Numbered from the stretch's first letter, positions 1 to 10,895 are shown. The stretch: 64,000 nucleotides of DNA from Cycloclasticus sp. symbiont of Poecilosclerida sp. N (GCA_002101205.1 LWTM01000076.1:122810-186809); one strand, 5' to 3'. The notes: generated by a model from the sequence alone, not told the origin. A program made the numbers and translations.

Positions 1-350
1 GTCTCTAATTGTATATTTTGACGGTATTCACGCATTTCTCGCAACATATTCGGTGCATTTCTATAAATACACGTACTCGTTGATAACACCAAGAAGGAAA
101 GAATAAACAAAAACCAAGCAGAAGAATAAACATCGTATAGACCCATCTGGTTAAACACTTCAAACCAAAAAGGGCCAAACTTAATAATATAGTCAGTATA
201 AGGCTGGTTTTGTTGTAAAACTGTGCCGATAATCGCCGCAATAGACAGTGCTATTAGCAAGCTAATCGCAAGGTTCATGGAGCCTAAAAACTTCAACAAG
301 AGCGCAGCCGTTCTCGATGTTGAAATATGCGTTGCTGATTGTTTATTCAT
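1..350 (-). CDS. Cytochrome c biogenesis protein ResB/Ccs1, N-terminal part (runs off the window)
   Basis: Own translation from the ATG at 350-348 gives MNKQSATHISTSRTAALLLKFLGSMNLAISLLIALSIAAIIGTVLQQNQPYTDYIIKFGPFWFEVF..., which is open to position 1. This looks like a typical ResB N-terminus with a TM helix and lies next to c-type cytochromes. The listed ORF 5..241 is in a different frame and is probably spurious. Confidence 0.6.
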   Translation of the reverse strand, partial: MNKQSATHISTSRTAALLLKFLGSMNLAISLLIALSIAAIIGTVLQQNQPYTDYIIKFGPFWFEVFNQMGLYDVYSSAWFLFILSFLVLSTSTCIYRNAPNMLREMREYRQNIQLE

Positions 351-396
351 AAAGGTATTTAACAAGCTACCACCGGATATATCTGCCTAAAAGAAG

Positions 397-425
397 AGAG
401 GGCAACAAAGTTGCCCTCTTTTTTA
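397..425. terminator. Hairpin plus T-run between the cytochrome c4 gene and the resB-like gene
   Basis: AGAGGGCAA/TTGCCCTCT stem at 397-419, flanked by T-rich runs on both strands. Confidence 0.45.
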
Positions 426-441
426 TACTGCAATAACGGTT

Positions 442-1047
442 TTAATGTAAGCCTGAAATATAAGAAGAAACCGCCTCAATTTCTTTATTATTCATACGAC
501 CCGCAATATCACGCATCATCGCTTGGTGATCATTATCGCGTGTTTCTGCCTTAAAGTCTTTCAGTGTTTTGCTCAAATACGCGGCATGTTGACCTCCGAT
601 TCGAGGGAATCGCGCCGGCGCACTGCCTGCGCCATTTGGCCCATGACATGCGATGCAAGCAGGCAAGCCATTATCCGTTTTCCCCGCACGATATAGCTTC
701 TCACCCAGTTTGATTTTATCCGCACTCGCCGCTTCTACCGTTGATGGAACGCTTGCAAAAAATGCTGCCAAGTCTTTAATGTCGACATCATTAAGACCCG
801 CTACCATCGGCGCCATCGTCGCGTCCATACGTTTTTGATTTTGGAAATCGTGTAATTCTTTTTCAATATAAAAAGCGTGTTGACCTGCAAGCTTCGGCCA
901 TACGGGGTTGACGCTGTTGCCGTTTTGCCCGTGACAGCCTGCGCATGCTACAGATTTTACACGCCCTGCATCAATATCACCCGTTGCAATCGCACTTGAT
1001 GATATTGCCATAACAAAAAAATAGCCTAGTAATGCTTTAAACTTCAT
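442..1047 (-). CDS. Diheme cytochrome c4
   Basis: Signal peptide, two CxxCH haem motifs (CAGCH, CIACH) and about 200 aa, which is typical c4 architecture. Confidence 0.85.
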   Translation of the reverse strand: MKFKALLGYFFVMAISSSAIATGDIDAGRVKSVACAGCHGQNGNSVNPVWPKLAGQHAFYIEKELHDFQNQKRMDATMAPMVAGLNDVDIKDLAAFFASVPSTVEAASADKIKLGEKLYRAGKTDNGLPACIACHGPNGAGSAPARFPRIGGQHAAYLSKTLKDFKAETRDNDHQAMMRDIAGRMNNKEIEAVSSYISGLH

Positions 1048-1062
1048 TTTTTCTAATCCCTC

Positions 1063-1362
1063 TTACTTTACAGAAGCATAAAATGCAGCAAGGTTATCTA
1101 CATCTGCATCCGACAACGCAGTTACCATCGCTTGCATTGTTGGGTCCTTACGAGCGCCTGAGCGAAAATCATTCATTTGCTTTACCAAATACTGTTCTTT
1201 TTGACCCGCCAAATTAGGATAAAGGTCTATAGGACTCATGCCTGTAGCACCGTGACAAGCCGCACATTGCGCAGCCTTCGCTTTGCCTGCAACCACATCA
1301 CCTGCAATCGCACCATTGGCAACAACCAACAGGAATACACCAATAGCCAATAGAAATCTCAT
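1063..1362 (-). CDS. Monoheme class I c-type cytochrome (c5/c-55x like)
   Basis: Signal peptide, a single CAACH motif and a distal Met; 99 aa. Confidence 0.8.
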   Translation of the reverse strand: MRFLLAIGVFLLVVANGAIAGDVVAGKAKAAQCAACHGATGMSPIDLYPNLAGQKEQYLVKQMNDFRSGARKDPTMQAMVTALSDADVDNLAAFYASVK

Positions 1363-1528
1363 CGTTCGTTCTCCTATAAAGTGACCACTTACAAATCACT
1401 GAAAATAGATTTTACAATAAATATTCTTTTAGTTTAGTCTTTTTCTAGGGCATTTGCCCTTCAGCACAATGTTTTTCTTCACTCAGGTACAATACGACAA
1501 AATTCTTAAGTTAGAAGTATTGCCACAC

Positions 1529-2131
1529 ATGAACCCTCTGTATCATCGCGCCGAATATTTACTAAATGCGCCGAACTTAAGTAGCACCCCTGACGGTGTT
1601 GAATATGAAGTGGCTTTCGCAGGGCGTTCTAATGCGGGAAAATCCAGCGCTATCAATACGTTGACGAATCAAAAAGGCCTTGCTCGGACTAGCAAAACAC
1701 CTGGACGCACTCAACAGCTTGTATATTTCAAACTCGATGAACAACGCTGCCTAGTTGACTTGCCAGGATATGGTTATGCAAAAGTACCGTTTAGCGTGCA
1801 ACAAAAATGGCGGAAAGAGCTTCAACGTTATTTAGAAAACCGGAAGGCGCTTAATGGCATCGTTTTACTCGTCGACATCCGCCGCTCATTAGGTGAATAC
1901 GATATTCAAATGATTGAGTACGCTAACCATCTAGGCTTAGATATTTTTATTGCTTTAACAAAGGCCGACAAACTTAATCGTAATAGCGCAAAAAAAACAC
2001 TGTTTGCTGCACAAAAACTACTCAGTAACTCAAGTGAAAACATACACATTGAGTTGTTTTCTTCCCTAAAAAAAGAAGGCATTGAGGCTCTACATGCCTG
2101 GCTTGATCTGCATTTAGGCTTAGCAAAATGA
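1529..2131 (+). CDS. engB: Ribosome biogenesis GTPase EngB/YihA
   Basis: P-loop GRSNAGKSS and DLPGYGY switch motif, about 200 aa. The start is placed at the internal ATG (MNPLYHRAEYL) rather than the ORF-track start at 1454. Confidence 0.85.
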   Translation: MNPLYHRAEYLLNAPNLSSTPDGVEYEVAFAGRSNAGKSSAINTLTNQKGLARTSKTPGRTQQLVYFKLDEQRCLVDLPGYGYAKVPFSVQQKWRKELQRYLENRKALNGIVLLVDIRRSLGEYDIQMIEYANHLGLDIFIALTKADKLNRNSAKKTLFAAQKLLSNSSENIHIELFSSLKKEGIEALHAWLDLHLGLAK

Positions 2132-2138
2132 CAAAAAA

Positions 2139-2172
2139 AGCCTTGGCTAAAATAAAAACATTGCCAAGGCTA
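2139..2172 (+). terminator. Probable engB terminator hairpin
   Basis: AGCCTTGGC ... GCCAAGGCT inverted repeat immediately after the engB stop codon. Confidence 0.4.
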
Positions 2173-2393
2173 TATAAATCCGGTTATAGCTAACCGAAAG
2201 AACCTGCTCAAGGGGAGGAGGATTTCGAGCAAGTCATGTCTACAAAGACATACTACTTCGTCAATACCTTTCTAATAAAGTTCAACTATTTTTAAATTAA
2301 ACCTCTTGAATTCACATCATAAGTGCAACACTCGTTAGTCGCCCAAAGAGTCTATTAACCGCTCTTTAATCCGACAAGAAAAAGGAGTGAAAC

Positions 2394-2800
2394 ATGAAAA
2401 TATATACCCATTTGACCGAAGCACATAGATACCATATTTACCTAATGAAAAAGCAAGGATTTAGTCTTAGATTCACCGCCAAAACAATGAACAGGTCTAC
2501 CTCCACCATTAACCATGAGATTAAGCGCAATACGGGCAAGAAAAGTTATCGCCCTAAACAGGCAAATGAGTTTGCACAACAAAGGCATCGACAGAAAAAC
2601 AAACACATTAGACTGACTGCTGAAATCATGGGCTACATCCGTGAAAAACTAAAAGAGTATTGGAGTCCCGAGCAAATAGTGGCGCGTTTAGAGCTGGATA
2701 AGAAAGTTAAAATAAGCACTGAAACCGCCTATCGTGTAGATATTGATAAACGCCCAAGCATTGTTGATACCCGTTCCCGTCCTGGCGGCTGGGAGCTTGA
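2394..2800 (+). pseudogene. IS30-family transposase, N-terminal fragment
   Basis: HTH region, the WSPEQI motif and a RPSIVDTRSRPGGWELD stretch equivalent to the GHWEGDL region. An internal deletion follows ISTETAYR. The catalytic DDE core beyond the first D is missing. Confidence 0.7.
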
Positions 2801-3260
2801 TTGGCTAAAAGAAATGCCGTCGACTTCTTTACAACAAACACTTAGATATTTAGACAAAGCCTTAAAAAGGTTTTAGTAAAAAAACAAAAACCAAGGGGTT
2901 TCCTAAATTTAAAAGAAAGCGCCATTATCACGGTTCTGTTTCATTGGTAATGATAAATAACAAGGCTATAAGTGAAGATGGTAAGAAAGTAAAAGGTTCA
3001 AAGAACTTTCACAAGCAAGTGTTAAAAGTTGTAAATGTTCACGGCAAAATTGCCAGAACTAGAAAGGGTTTTTTGGACAAAGCAAGTTTTAACTATGTGT
3101 TTAACAATGATTTAATCTGTTTAGAAGACTTAAGTATTGCCCCAAGGGCAAGATATAACGGTCGTATGGTTCAAGACGCTGGTTAATCTATGCTTAGGGG
3201 TATGATTGAGTATAAGCCTGTTGGAGTTTCGCTTGCACCGCCGCCGCCCGCTACGCTTGT
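2800..3260 (+). pseudogene. IS200/IS605-family TnpB (OrfB) remnant, heavily deleted and frameshifted
   Basis: SLQQTLRYLDKALKRF followed, after a stop and frameshift, by KGFPKFKRKRHYHGS. Later comes KIARTRKGFLDKASFNYVFNNDLICLEDLSI...VQDAG*SMLRGMIEYK. These match conserved TnpB N-terminal and RuvC-region motifs. Confidence 0.5.
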
Positions 3261-3313
3261 GTTTCGGCGAATCGTTGCATCAGAAAGCCCATAAACTTTT
3301 AGTTAGGAGTAGT

Positions 3314-4177
3314 TCACACAGTAGAAACAGGCCGTCTTACTGCTCTAAAATAGAATACAGCAGAAACAATAGACAGCCACATAAAGCTGAGTAAGCCAAT
3401 AATCCCATTATATTGCCCTGTTAAGAAGACCCAGTCAGATAACGGGTTATGATCGCTTAATGTTTTAGATGTTTTAATAAGAAAAATCCAGCTGGCGTGT
3501 AAGCCTATGCAATGGATGAGTGATTGAGTTTTTAGCCGAACGAGTGCTAAAAAAACACCAACAATAAATAAGGCAAGAAAGTCATCGAAATGCATACTAG
3601 AAAGTCCGGCAAAAGCATTAGTGATGACCTCGAAGCCGCTGAAGAAGTTTAGTGCTTGTTGATCAGCATGCTGGATAGGTTTGATGAAATGCAAAATAGC
3701 GTAAAAAAAGCTGCTTAACAGAACAGCGATTAAGCTGCTGTGCCATAAGGACGCTAGTGTAAAAAACAGGCCTCTGAATAAAGTTTCTTCCACTAAAGCA
3801 ATGATTAAACCGACTAATAGCGCTTTGAGTAATAGTGAAAATGAAATTTCAGCGCTTGCTGATACGACTCTAATATCTAAATAGAGTAATGAAAATATTA
3901 TCAGACCTAAAATGAAAAAACCGATAGCAAAGCTCGTGCAAAGTTGTCTGAAGGTTTTGTGATAGCTAGCATTAAACCCTATGGAGTTTAATGAAATATT
4001 AAAAAACCTCATGCAGACAACTAAGCTAAGCAGTAAAAAAAGAAGCGTACAGCGCGCGACCCAGCGTTCAAATTCAAATTCATTACTGCCGACTATTTCG
4101 TATAAGGGGAAAGATACTAATGCAGCCATCAAAGAAGCGGCGCAGAAGTAAAAAATAAAAAAGATCAAAGCTTTCAT
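3314..4177 (-). CDS. CPBP-family intramembrane metalloprotease (CAAX protease/Abi-like)
   Basis: Polytopic membrane protein with an EETLFRG motif and FYAILHF/HASW motifs. The start could be 4177 (MKALIFF) or 4267. Confidence 0.75.
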   Translation of the reverse strand: MKALIFFIFYFCAASLMAALVSFPLYEIVGSNEFEFERWVARCTLLFLLLSLVVCMRFFNISLNSIGFNASYHKTFRQLCTSFAIGFFILGLIIFSLLYLDIRVVSASAEISFSLLLKALLVGLIIALVEETLFRGLFFTLASLWHSSLIAVLLSSFFYAILHFIKPIQHADQQALNFFSGFEVITNAFAGLSSMHFDDFLALFIVGVFLALVRLKTQSLIHCIGLHASWIFLIKTSKTLSDHNPLSDWVFLTGQYNGIIGLLSFMWLSIVSAVFYFRAVRRPVSTV

Positions 4178-4269
4178 AAGAAATCTATGTTTTAGACAGT
4201 TTGTCTCAAAAAGAGGTGCAAAAATGATTAAAGAATGGGTATGATACCGCACATTATTACTAGACATAT

Positions 4270-4355
<86 letters not shown>

Positions 4356-4398
4356 TCATTTTAAATCCAATCGTACGATAGCACACTAGAGAATTATT

Positions 4399-5700
4399 AT
4401 GCAGATTTCTGTTGAGTCTAACTCTGATATTAAAAAAACATTAACAATAGTTGTTCCTCAACAGGAGGTTGATACAGCGGTTAACAAACGTTATGACGAA
4501 GTAAAACGTAATGCGCGTATTGACGGTTTCAGGCCTGGCAAAGTGCCTATGAGCGTGATTAAAAAGAAATTCGGCACCAGTGTCAAAGCAGAAGCTTTAT
4601 CAGAGCTAACGCAAAGTTTCTTATATAAAGCGATTATGGAAGAAAAATTAAACCCAGCCAGTGTGCCCGTTATTACGCCTAATGATGACGCGAAAGACGG
4701 TTATGAATTCTCAGCGTCGTTTGAAGTGTACCCAGAAATTACGATTAACGCTGTTGAAGATTTAAAGTTAAAAACCCCAGTGGTTGAGATAGCGGATTCG
4801 GATATTGACGGTGTGATTGAGAAGCTTCGTTCACAAAAGAAGACATGGAATGAAGTGAAGGCAGAAGCAAAAAAAGACAATCGAGTAACGATTAGTTTCG
4901 AAGGAAAAGTGAATGAGAAGGCTATCTCTAAAGAGCCGATTAAAAGCTTCCCTGTAGTTATTGGCTCAAAGAGTATGATTCCAGGCTTTGAAGATAAACT
5001 CGTGGGTGTAAAAGCAGGTGAAACATTGAGTTTCGAAGTGACTTTCCCAGAAGATTATCAACAAGCAGACTTTGCTGGTGAAGTCGGTCAGTTTGATGTG
5101 GAGGTTGAAAAGGTTGAAAAAAGTGAGCTACCTGAAGTAAACGAAGAATTTATTAAATTGTTCGGCGTTGAAAGCGGTGAAATGACTGGCTTTAGAGATG
5201 ACTTGAAAAATAATATGAGGGATGAATTAAAGCGTGCCTTAGGAGCAAAGCGTAAAACGATTGTAATGGATGCAATTATTGAAAATAATGATGTTTCTGT
5301 ACCCGCCGCATTGGTGGATAATGAAATCAGTCAAATGATTTCATCATTGAACGAAAAAGCAGCGCAAGCAGGTCAGCCCGCACAATCAGACCTAGCAAAA
5401 GAGCTATTCGAAGAACAGGCGACTAAGCGAGTGAAGCTAGGCTTATTGTTAAATGAAATGATTAAACAAAATGATATCAAAGCGGATGATGCTAAAGTAC
5501 AAGAGCGTATTGAAGAGCTTGCTCGAACATACGAATCACCGGAAGGCGTGGTCAACTGGTATAACTCTAACCCTGCGGAACGTAGCAAAGTTGAGAGCGC
5601 TGTGTTAGAAGATCAATTGGTTAATTGGGTTTTAGAAAGAGCAAGTATCACAGAAACATCATTAACATTTGAAGAATTGATGGCGCCAGCCCAGCAGTAA
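4399..5700 (+). CDS. tig: Trigger factor
   Basis: 433 aa with a GFRPGKVP ribosome-binding signature and an FKBP-type middle domain. Conserved tig-clpP-clpX-lon synteny. Confidence 0.95.
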   Translation: MQISVESNSDIKKTLTIVVPQQEVDTAVNKRYDEVKRNARIDGFRPGKVPMSVIKKKFGTSVKAEALSELTQSFLYKAIMEEKLNPASVPVITPNDDAKDGYEFSASFEVYPEITINAVEDLKLKTPVVEIADSDIDGVIEKLRSQKKTWNEVKAEAKKDNRVTISFEGKVNEKAISKEPIKSFPVVIGSKSMIPGFEDKLVGVKAGETLSFEVTFPEDYQQADFAGEVGQFDVEVEKVEKSELPEVNEEFIKLFGVESGEMTGFRDDLKNNMRDELKRALGAKRKTIVMDAIIENNDVSVPAALVDNEISQMISSLNEKAAQAGQPAQSDLAKELFEEQATKRVKLGLLLNEMIKQNDIKADDAKVQERIEELARTYESPEGVVNWYNSNPAERSKVESAVLEDQLVNWVLERASITETSLTFEELMAPAQQ

Positions 5701-5730
5701 ACTGCAGGATAATTAAAAAACTGTCTAGGA

Positions 5731-6366
5731 ATGAATATGTACAATAAGGTCGAAGCACAAGCACTGGGTTTAGTACCGATGGTGGTGGAACAAACCGCAC
5801 GAGGTGAGCGTGCTTACGATATATATTCTCGATTACTCAAAGAGCGTGTTATATTTTTAGTCGGTCAAGTTGAAGACCAAATGGCCAACTTGATTGTTGC
5901 GCAAATGTTATTTCTAGAATCGGAGAACCCAGACAAAGACATTCATTTATACATTAACTCCCCTGGTGGTTCGGTAACAGCCGGCATGTCTATCTACGAC
6001 ACAATGCAATTTATTAAACCGGATGTTAGCACGATGTGTATAGGTCAAGCTGCCAGCATGGGTGCGTTGTTGTTAACCGGCGGTGCTAAAGATAAGCGTT
6101 TTGCATTGCCTCATTCAAGAATGATGATTCACCAACCGTTGGGTGGTTTTCAAGGACAAGCGTCTGATATAGATATTCACGCAAAAGAAATTTTGCTCAT
6201 TCGCGATCGTTTAAATACTATTATGGCGAAACACACGGGGCAAGCTATTGATGTTATTCAAAGAGATACCGATAGAGATAACTTTATGGGCGGTGAGAAG
6301 GCTGTTGAGTACGGTTTAGTAGATAAAGTTCTGACTAACCGCAACGGCGATGACTCGGAAAATTAA
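5731..6366 (+). CDS. clpP: ATP-dependent Clp protease proteolytic subunit
   Basis: GQAASMGA active-site Ser context and the MIHQPLGG motif. Confidence 0.95.
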   Translation: MNMYNKVEAQALGLVPMVVEQTARGERAYDIYSRLLKERVIFLVGQVEDQMANLIVAQMLFLESENPDKDIHLYINSPGGSVTAGMSIYDTMQFIKPDVSTMCIGQAASMGALLLTGGAKDKRFALPHSRMMIHQPLGGFQGQASDIDIHAKEILLIRDRLNTIMAKHTGQAIDVIQRDTDRDNFMGGEKAVEYGLVDKVLTNRNGDDSEN

Positions 6367-6484
6367 AGAACAAGCCCTGGACAGATACAAAATCTCAACC
6401 ATACGCATAGTTAAATGCAGTGAAAGGTTGAGCGTATTGGGTCTGCTAAATATAGTGGGCTAGGGCAAATACTAAGAGGTTTGT

Positions 6485-7762
6485 ATGAGTGATGACAAAG
6501 AAAACGGCGAGAAAGACAGTAAGGTACTAATTTGTTCGTTTTGCGGCAAAAACCAGCATGAAGTAAAGAAGCTTATAGCGGGCCCTTCTGTTTTTGTTTG
6601 CGATGAGTGTGTTGCGCTTTGTAATGACATTATTCAAGAAGAGCTGGAAGAAAATGATGCCGCTAATATCGACGGCGACCTACCAAAACCATCAGAAATT
6701 AAAGAAGCGCTAGATAAATATGTTATTGGTCAGCAGCAAGCCAAAAAGATTCTTTCAGTCGCTGTTTATAATCACTACAAGCGACTTGCTGCACCTCAAG
6801 GCGCTGATGATGTTGAACTGTCAAAAAGCAATGTACTGCTTATTGGACCGACGGGTTCAGGTAAAACATTATTGGCCGAAACCTTAGCGAGAATGCTGGA
6901 AGTTCCTTTTACCATAGCGGATGCAACAACGTTAACGGAAGCAGGCTACGTAGGAGAAGATGTTGAAAACATCATTCAAAAAATACTGCAAAAGTGTGAT
7001 TTTGATGTTGAAAAAGCAGAAAGTGGTATTGTTTACATTGATGAAATAGATAAGATTTCACGTAAGTCAGACAACCCATCGCTAACGCGTGATGTGTCGG
7101 GCGAGGGTGTTCAACAAGCACTTTTAAAACTTATTGAAGGTACCGTTGCATCAGTGCCACCACAAGGTGGCAGAAAGCACCCGCAACAAGAGTTTTTGCA
7201 AGTTGATACGGCAAACATTTTGTTTATTGTAGGCGGCGCATTTGCGGGTTTAGAAAAGGTGATTAAAGACCGTTCGCAAGAAAATGCGGGTATCGGCTTC
7301 TCGGCTGAGGTTGTTAGTTCTGATGATGAGCCTGAAATTGGTGATGTGTTGCAAGGCGTTGAGCCTGAAGATTTGGTTAAATACGGTTTAATACCTGAGT
7401 TTGTTGGCCGTTTGCCCGTAGTTGCAACGCTAGAAGAGCTGGATGAAGATGCGCTTATCGAGATACTAAGGGAACCTAAAAATGCGCTTACTAAGCAGTA
7501 CAAACGACTTTTTGCTATGGAAGGTGCCGAGTTAGAGTTTAGAGAGGAGGCGTTGCGTGAAGTAGCTAAAAAAGCAATGTTACGTAAAACAGGTGCGCGT
7601 GGCTTAAGAACGATTTTAGAGCAAGTTTTACTGGATACGATGTACGATTTACCGTCGTTAGATAATGTTTGCAAGGTTGTTATTGATGAAAAGGTAATAC
7701 GAGGAGAGTCTGATCCCTTGTTTATTTATGAAAACGAGAAAAAACGTGCTTCGTCAAAATAA
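6485..7762 (+). CDS. clpX: ATP-dependent Clp protease ATP-binding subunit ClpX
   Basis: N-terminal zinc finger CSFCGK...CDEC, Walker A GPTGSGKT and the IVYIDEIDK motif. Confidence 0.97.
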   Translation: MSDDKENGEKDSKVLICSFCGKNQHEVKKLIAGPSVFVCDECVALCNDIIQEELEENDAANIDGDLPKPSEIKEALDKYVIGQQQAKKILSVAVYNHYKRLAAPQGADDVELSKSNVLLIGPTGSGKTLLAETLARMLEVPFTIADATTLTEAGYVGEDVENIIQKILQKCDFDVEKAESGIVYIDEIDKISRKSDNPSLTRDVSGEGVQQALLKLIEGTVASVPPQGGRKHPQQEFLQVDTANILFIVGGAFAGLEKVIKDRSQENAGIGFSAEVVSSDDEPEIGDVLQGVEPEDLVKYGLIPEFVGRLPVVATLEELDEDALIEILREPKNALTKQYKRLFAMEGAELEFREEALREVAKKAMLRKTGARGLRTILEQVLLDTMYDLPSLDNVCKVVIDEKVIRGESDPLFIYENEKKRASSK

Positions 7763-7783
7763 AATAGACCTAAACATAAAAAA

Positions 7784-7808
7784 AGGCGCTTTAAGCGCCT
7801 TTTTTTTG
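7784..7808 (+). terminator. Rho-independent terminator after clpX
   Basis: AGGCGCTT/AAGCGCCT hairpin followed by T8. Confidence 0.65.
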
Positions 7809-7816
7809 TTTGAAGC

Positions 7817-7845
7817 CTTGAAAAAGCTATTTCGTGCCCTAATTT
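7817..7845 (+). promoter_or_regulatory. Candidate sigma-32 heat-shock promoter for lon
   Basis: CTTGAAA, then 13 nt, then CCCTAATTT. This resembles the CTTGAAA-N13-17-CCCCATNT consensus and lies about 40 nt upstream of the lon start. Confidence 0.4.
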
Positions 7846-7883
7846 GTAAGTAACAACTATTTATATTTTTAAGGTGGCTTTAA

Positions 7884-10295
7884 ATGAGCGATAAACAGAA
7901 CTTAGCAAATTTACCTGTTCTACTATTAAGAGATGTTGTGGTCTATCCACATATGGTTATTCCATTATTTGTTGGTCGTGATAAATCAATTCAAGCTATT
8001 GATTTAGCAATGGAAGACAATAAGAAAATAGTTCTTATTGCGCAAAAAGACCCTGATCAAAATGACCCGAAAGGGCCCGATTTATATGAAGTAGGTACAT
8101 TGGCAACTATTTTGCAATTATTAAAACTTCCAGATGGAACAGTGAAGGTTTTAGTTGAAGGTGAGCGGCGAGTCAGTATTGATAAAATTCAAGCCGATGG
8201 TAAGTCGTTTAGTGCTGATGTTACCCTACTTAAAAATGACTTGGACCTTGAAGAGGCAGAAATGGAAGTTCTTATTAGGACTGTGACCTCTGCTTTTGAA
8301 AACTACGTTAAGCTTAATAAAAAAGTCCCCCCAGAAGTCTTAACGTCGTTGTCAGGCATTGAAGGGCCAAGCCGTCTTGCAGATACGATGTCTGCCCATA
8401 TGGTGTTGAAAGTAGAGGAAAAGCAAAAAATACTAGAAACAAATAATACTCGCGAACGCCTTGAATATTTAATGCTTCTTATGGAAGGTGAAGTTGATAT
8501 TTTTGAAATGGAAAACCAGATTCGCACCCGCGTTAAACAACAAATGGAGAAAAACCAACGCGAGTATTACCTCAGTGAGCAAATGAAAGCGATTCAAAAA
8601 GAATTAGGTGATATGGAAGATGGGTCTAATGAAACGGATGATATTGAGAAGAAAATTACTGATGCGGGCATGTCCAAAGAAGCCCAAAAGAAAGCAGGGT
8701 CCGAACTGAATAAATTAAAAATGATGTCGCCGATGTCAGCAGAAGCAAGTGTTATCAGAAATTATATTGACTGCATGGTGGGCGTGCCTTGGAAAAAACG
8801 TACGCGCATTAGGCATGATATAAGCGCTGCTCAAAAAGTTTTAGACGCGGATCATTTTGGTTTGGAAAAAGTAAAAGAGCGTATCTTGGAATATTTAGCT
8901 GTACAACAACGTGTTAAAAACATGAGGGGGCCTATTCTTTGCTTAGTTGGCCCCACTGGTGTTGGTAAGACGTCGTTAGGCGAATCGATTGCCCGTGCAA
9001 CGAATCGAAAATTTGTCCGTATGTCTTTAGGTGGTGTGCGAGATGAAGCTGAGATTAGAGGGCATAGACGAACTTATATTGGTTCTATGCCAGGTAAAAT
9101 CCTGCAAAACCTTTCTAAGGTGGAAACGCGCAACCCTTTATTTTTATTAGATGAAATTGACAAGATGGCCATGGATTTCAGAGGAGACCCTGCTTCTGCA
9201 TTATTGGAGGTATTGGACCCCGAACAAAACAGCACCTTTAACGACCATTATTTAGAAGTTGATTTTGATTTATCCGAAGTCATGTTCGTGGCAACAGCAA
9301 ATAGCATGAATATTCCTGCGCCATTACTCGATAGAATGGAGGTGATTAACTTATCCGGTTATACGGAGGATGAAAAAATCAATATTACGGACGGTTATCT
9401 AATCAAAAAGCAGCTTAAAAATAATGGACTGAAAGATTCAGAGTTAAATATTAGCCGTTCAGCGATTAGAGACACCGTGCGCTACTACACGCGTGAAGCA
9501 GGTGTTAGGAATATTGATCGAGAAATGTCTAAGATTTGTCGCAAAGTTGTGCGAGATGTTTTACTGAGCAAGCCGAAGAAGAGAATCAATGTCACATCAA
9601 GAAACTTAAATAAATACTTAGGTGTTAAGCGTTTTGATTTTGGTAAAGCGGAAGACTCTAACCAAGTAGGACAGGTAACAGGCTTAGCGTGGACAGAAGT
9701 AGGTGGTGAGCTGTTAACGATTGAATGTGCTATCACGGAAGGCAAAGGCAAGTTAACGCTAACTGGCAAGCTAGGTGATGTGATGCAAGAGTCTATTCAA
9801 GCAGCATTGACAGTTGTCAGGGCGCGGGCGGAAACATTAGGTGTTGAGACGAATTTTTATCAAAAGCATGATATTCATATCCATGTCCCAGAAGGTGCTA
9901 CGCCGAAAGATGGGCCGAGTGCAGGGGTCGGCATGTGTACAGCGTTAGTTTCTTCTCTTACGGGCATCCCTGCGTTGGCAGATGTTGCTATGACGGGTGA
10001 AATTACACTACGAGGGGAAGTGTTACCGATTGGCGGTTTAAAAGAAAAGCTATTGGCGGCATTGAGGGGCGGCATTGCGACAGTGATCATTCCACATAAA
10101 AATGAAAAGGACTTAATAGAGATTCCAGCTAATATAAAACAGCATTTAAAAATCGTGCCTGTTCGCTGGATTGATGAGGTACTGGCAGCTGCGTTAGAGA
10201 AGTTGCCTGTTGCGAAGGGGGTGGATGAGAAGTCAAACGAAGGCATCGCTGAAAAAGAAAAATCTGGAAAAACTAAAACAATAACAGCACATTAA
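7884..10295 (+). CDS. lon: Lon protease
   Basis: 803 aa with a LON N-domain, Walker A GPTGVGKTS and the protease site KDGPSAG. Confidence 0.97.
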   Translation: MSDKQNLANLPVLLLRDVVVYPHMVIPLFVGRDKSIQAIDLAMEDNKKIVLIAQKDPDQNDPKGPDLYEVGTLATILQLLKLPDGTVKVLVEGERRVSIDKIQADGKSFSADVTLLKNDLDLEEAEMEVLIRTVTSAFENYVKLNKKVPPEVLTSLSGIEGPSRLADTMSAHMVLKVEEKQKILETNNTRERLEYLMLLMEGEVDIFEMENQIRTRVKQQMEKNQREYYLSEQMKAIQKELGDMEDGSNETDDIEKKITDAGMSKEAQKKAGSELNKLKMMSPMSAEASVIRNYIDCMVGVPWKKRTRIRHDISAAQKVLDADHFGLEKVKERILEYLAVQQRVKNMRGPILCLVGPTGVGKTSLGESIARATNRKFVRMSLGGVRDEAEIRGHRRTYIGSMPGKILQNLSKVETRNPLFLLDEIDKMAMDFRGDPASALLEVLDPEQNSTFNDHYLEVDFDLSEVMFVATANSMNIPAPLLDRMEVINLSGYTEDEKINITDGYLIKKQLKNNGLKDSELNISRSAIRDTVRYYTREAGVRNIDREMSKICRKVVRDVLLSKPKKRINVTSRNLNKYLGVKRFDFGKAEDSNQVGQVTGLAWTEVGGELLTIECAITEGKGKLTLTGKLGDVMQESIQAALTVVRARAETLGVETNFYQKHDIHIHVPEGATPKDGPSAGVGMCTALVSSLTGIPALADVAMTGEITLRGEVLPIGGLKEKLLAALRGGIATVIIPHKNEKDLIEIPANIKQHLKIVPVRWIDEVLAAALEKLPVAKGVDEKSNEGIAEKEKSGKTKTITAH

Positions 10296-10381
10296 AGGGG
10301 ATATATCGAGATAAAATTAGCGATATTATTTTAAGAGGAGGCCCTTTATTAAAAAAAACATATTTAAAAACCTTATGCCTC

Positions 10382-10411
10382 TTGACATTAGATAGCTTTA
10401 AAGGATATAAA
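10382..10411 (+). promoter_or_regulatory. Candidate sigma-70 promoter upstream of hupB
   Basis: TTGACA at 10382-10387, then a 17-18 nt spacer, then TATAAA. Confidence 0.4.
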
Positions 10412-10521
10412 TTCACCTTGTTCGTATTGCATGGCGAAACGGGCATAATAGCGAATGATTACAGCAGTAAAAAAATCATATCTTACTAAAAATATTAACA
10501 ATCCTAATTTGGAGGAACTTC

Positions 10522-10794
10522 ATGAATAAATCAGAACTTATCAACGCGATTGCAGAAGAGTCAGGTCTTACTAAAGCTGATGCGGCTCGTGCGCTAGGTG
10601 CGACACTTTCATCAATTACTGATGCACTAAAAGGTGGCGATTCAATCTCATTAATTGGCTTCGGCACTTTTTCTGTGAAAGCACGCGCAGCACGCGCAGG
10701 ACGTAACCCTCAAACGGGTGAAACGATTCAAATTAAAGCTTCAAATATTCCTTCATTTAAAGCTGGGAAATCGTTAAAGGACTCTGTAAACTAG
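10522..10794 (+). CDS. hupB: DNA-binding protein HU (beta-like)
   Basis: 90 aa. MNKSELI...[22 protein letters not shown] is a classic HU/IHF fold signature. Confidence 0.9.
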   Translation: MNKSELINAIAEESGLTKADAARALGATLSSITDALKGGDSISLIGFGTFSVKARAARAGRNPQTGETIQIKASNIPSFKAGKSLKDSVN

Positions 10795-10815
10795 CGCCTT
10801 TTTTAGGCTAATCGA

Positions 10816-10891
10816 GGGTGCTTAGCTCAGCTGGGAGAGCGTCGCCCTTACAAGGCGAATGTCGGGGGTTCGATCCCCTCAGCACCCACCA
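10816..10891 (+). tRNA. tRNA-Val (anticodon TAC)
   Basis: Acceptor stem GGGTGCT/AGCACCC, anticodon loop CTTACAA, TPsiC GGTTCGATCC and an encoded CCA. Confidence 0.9.
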
Positions 10892-10895
10892 ACAT

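Noticed and set aside
5-241. A 78-aa ORF at the left edge of the window.
   Set aside because: It is in a different frame from the open ResB-like reading frame, which starts at 350 and runs off the window and has a much more convincing translation.
7111-7674. Long antisense ORFs inside clpX, with similar ones inside lon, ppiD, rlmL, the relaxase gene and elsewhere (for example 9875-10246, 12225-12707 and 43838-44248).
   Set aside because: They lie fully within strongly supported genes on the opposite strand and have low-complexity Ser-rich translations with no recognisable motifs. They are typical shadow ORFs.
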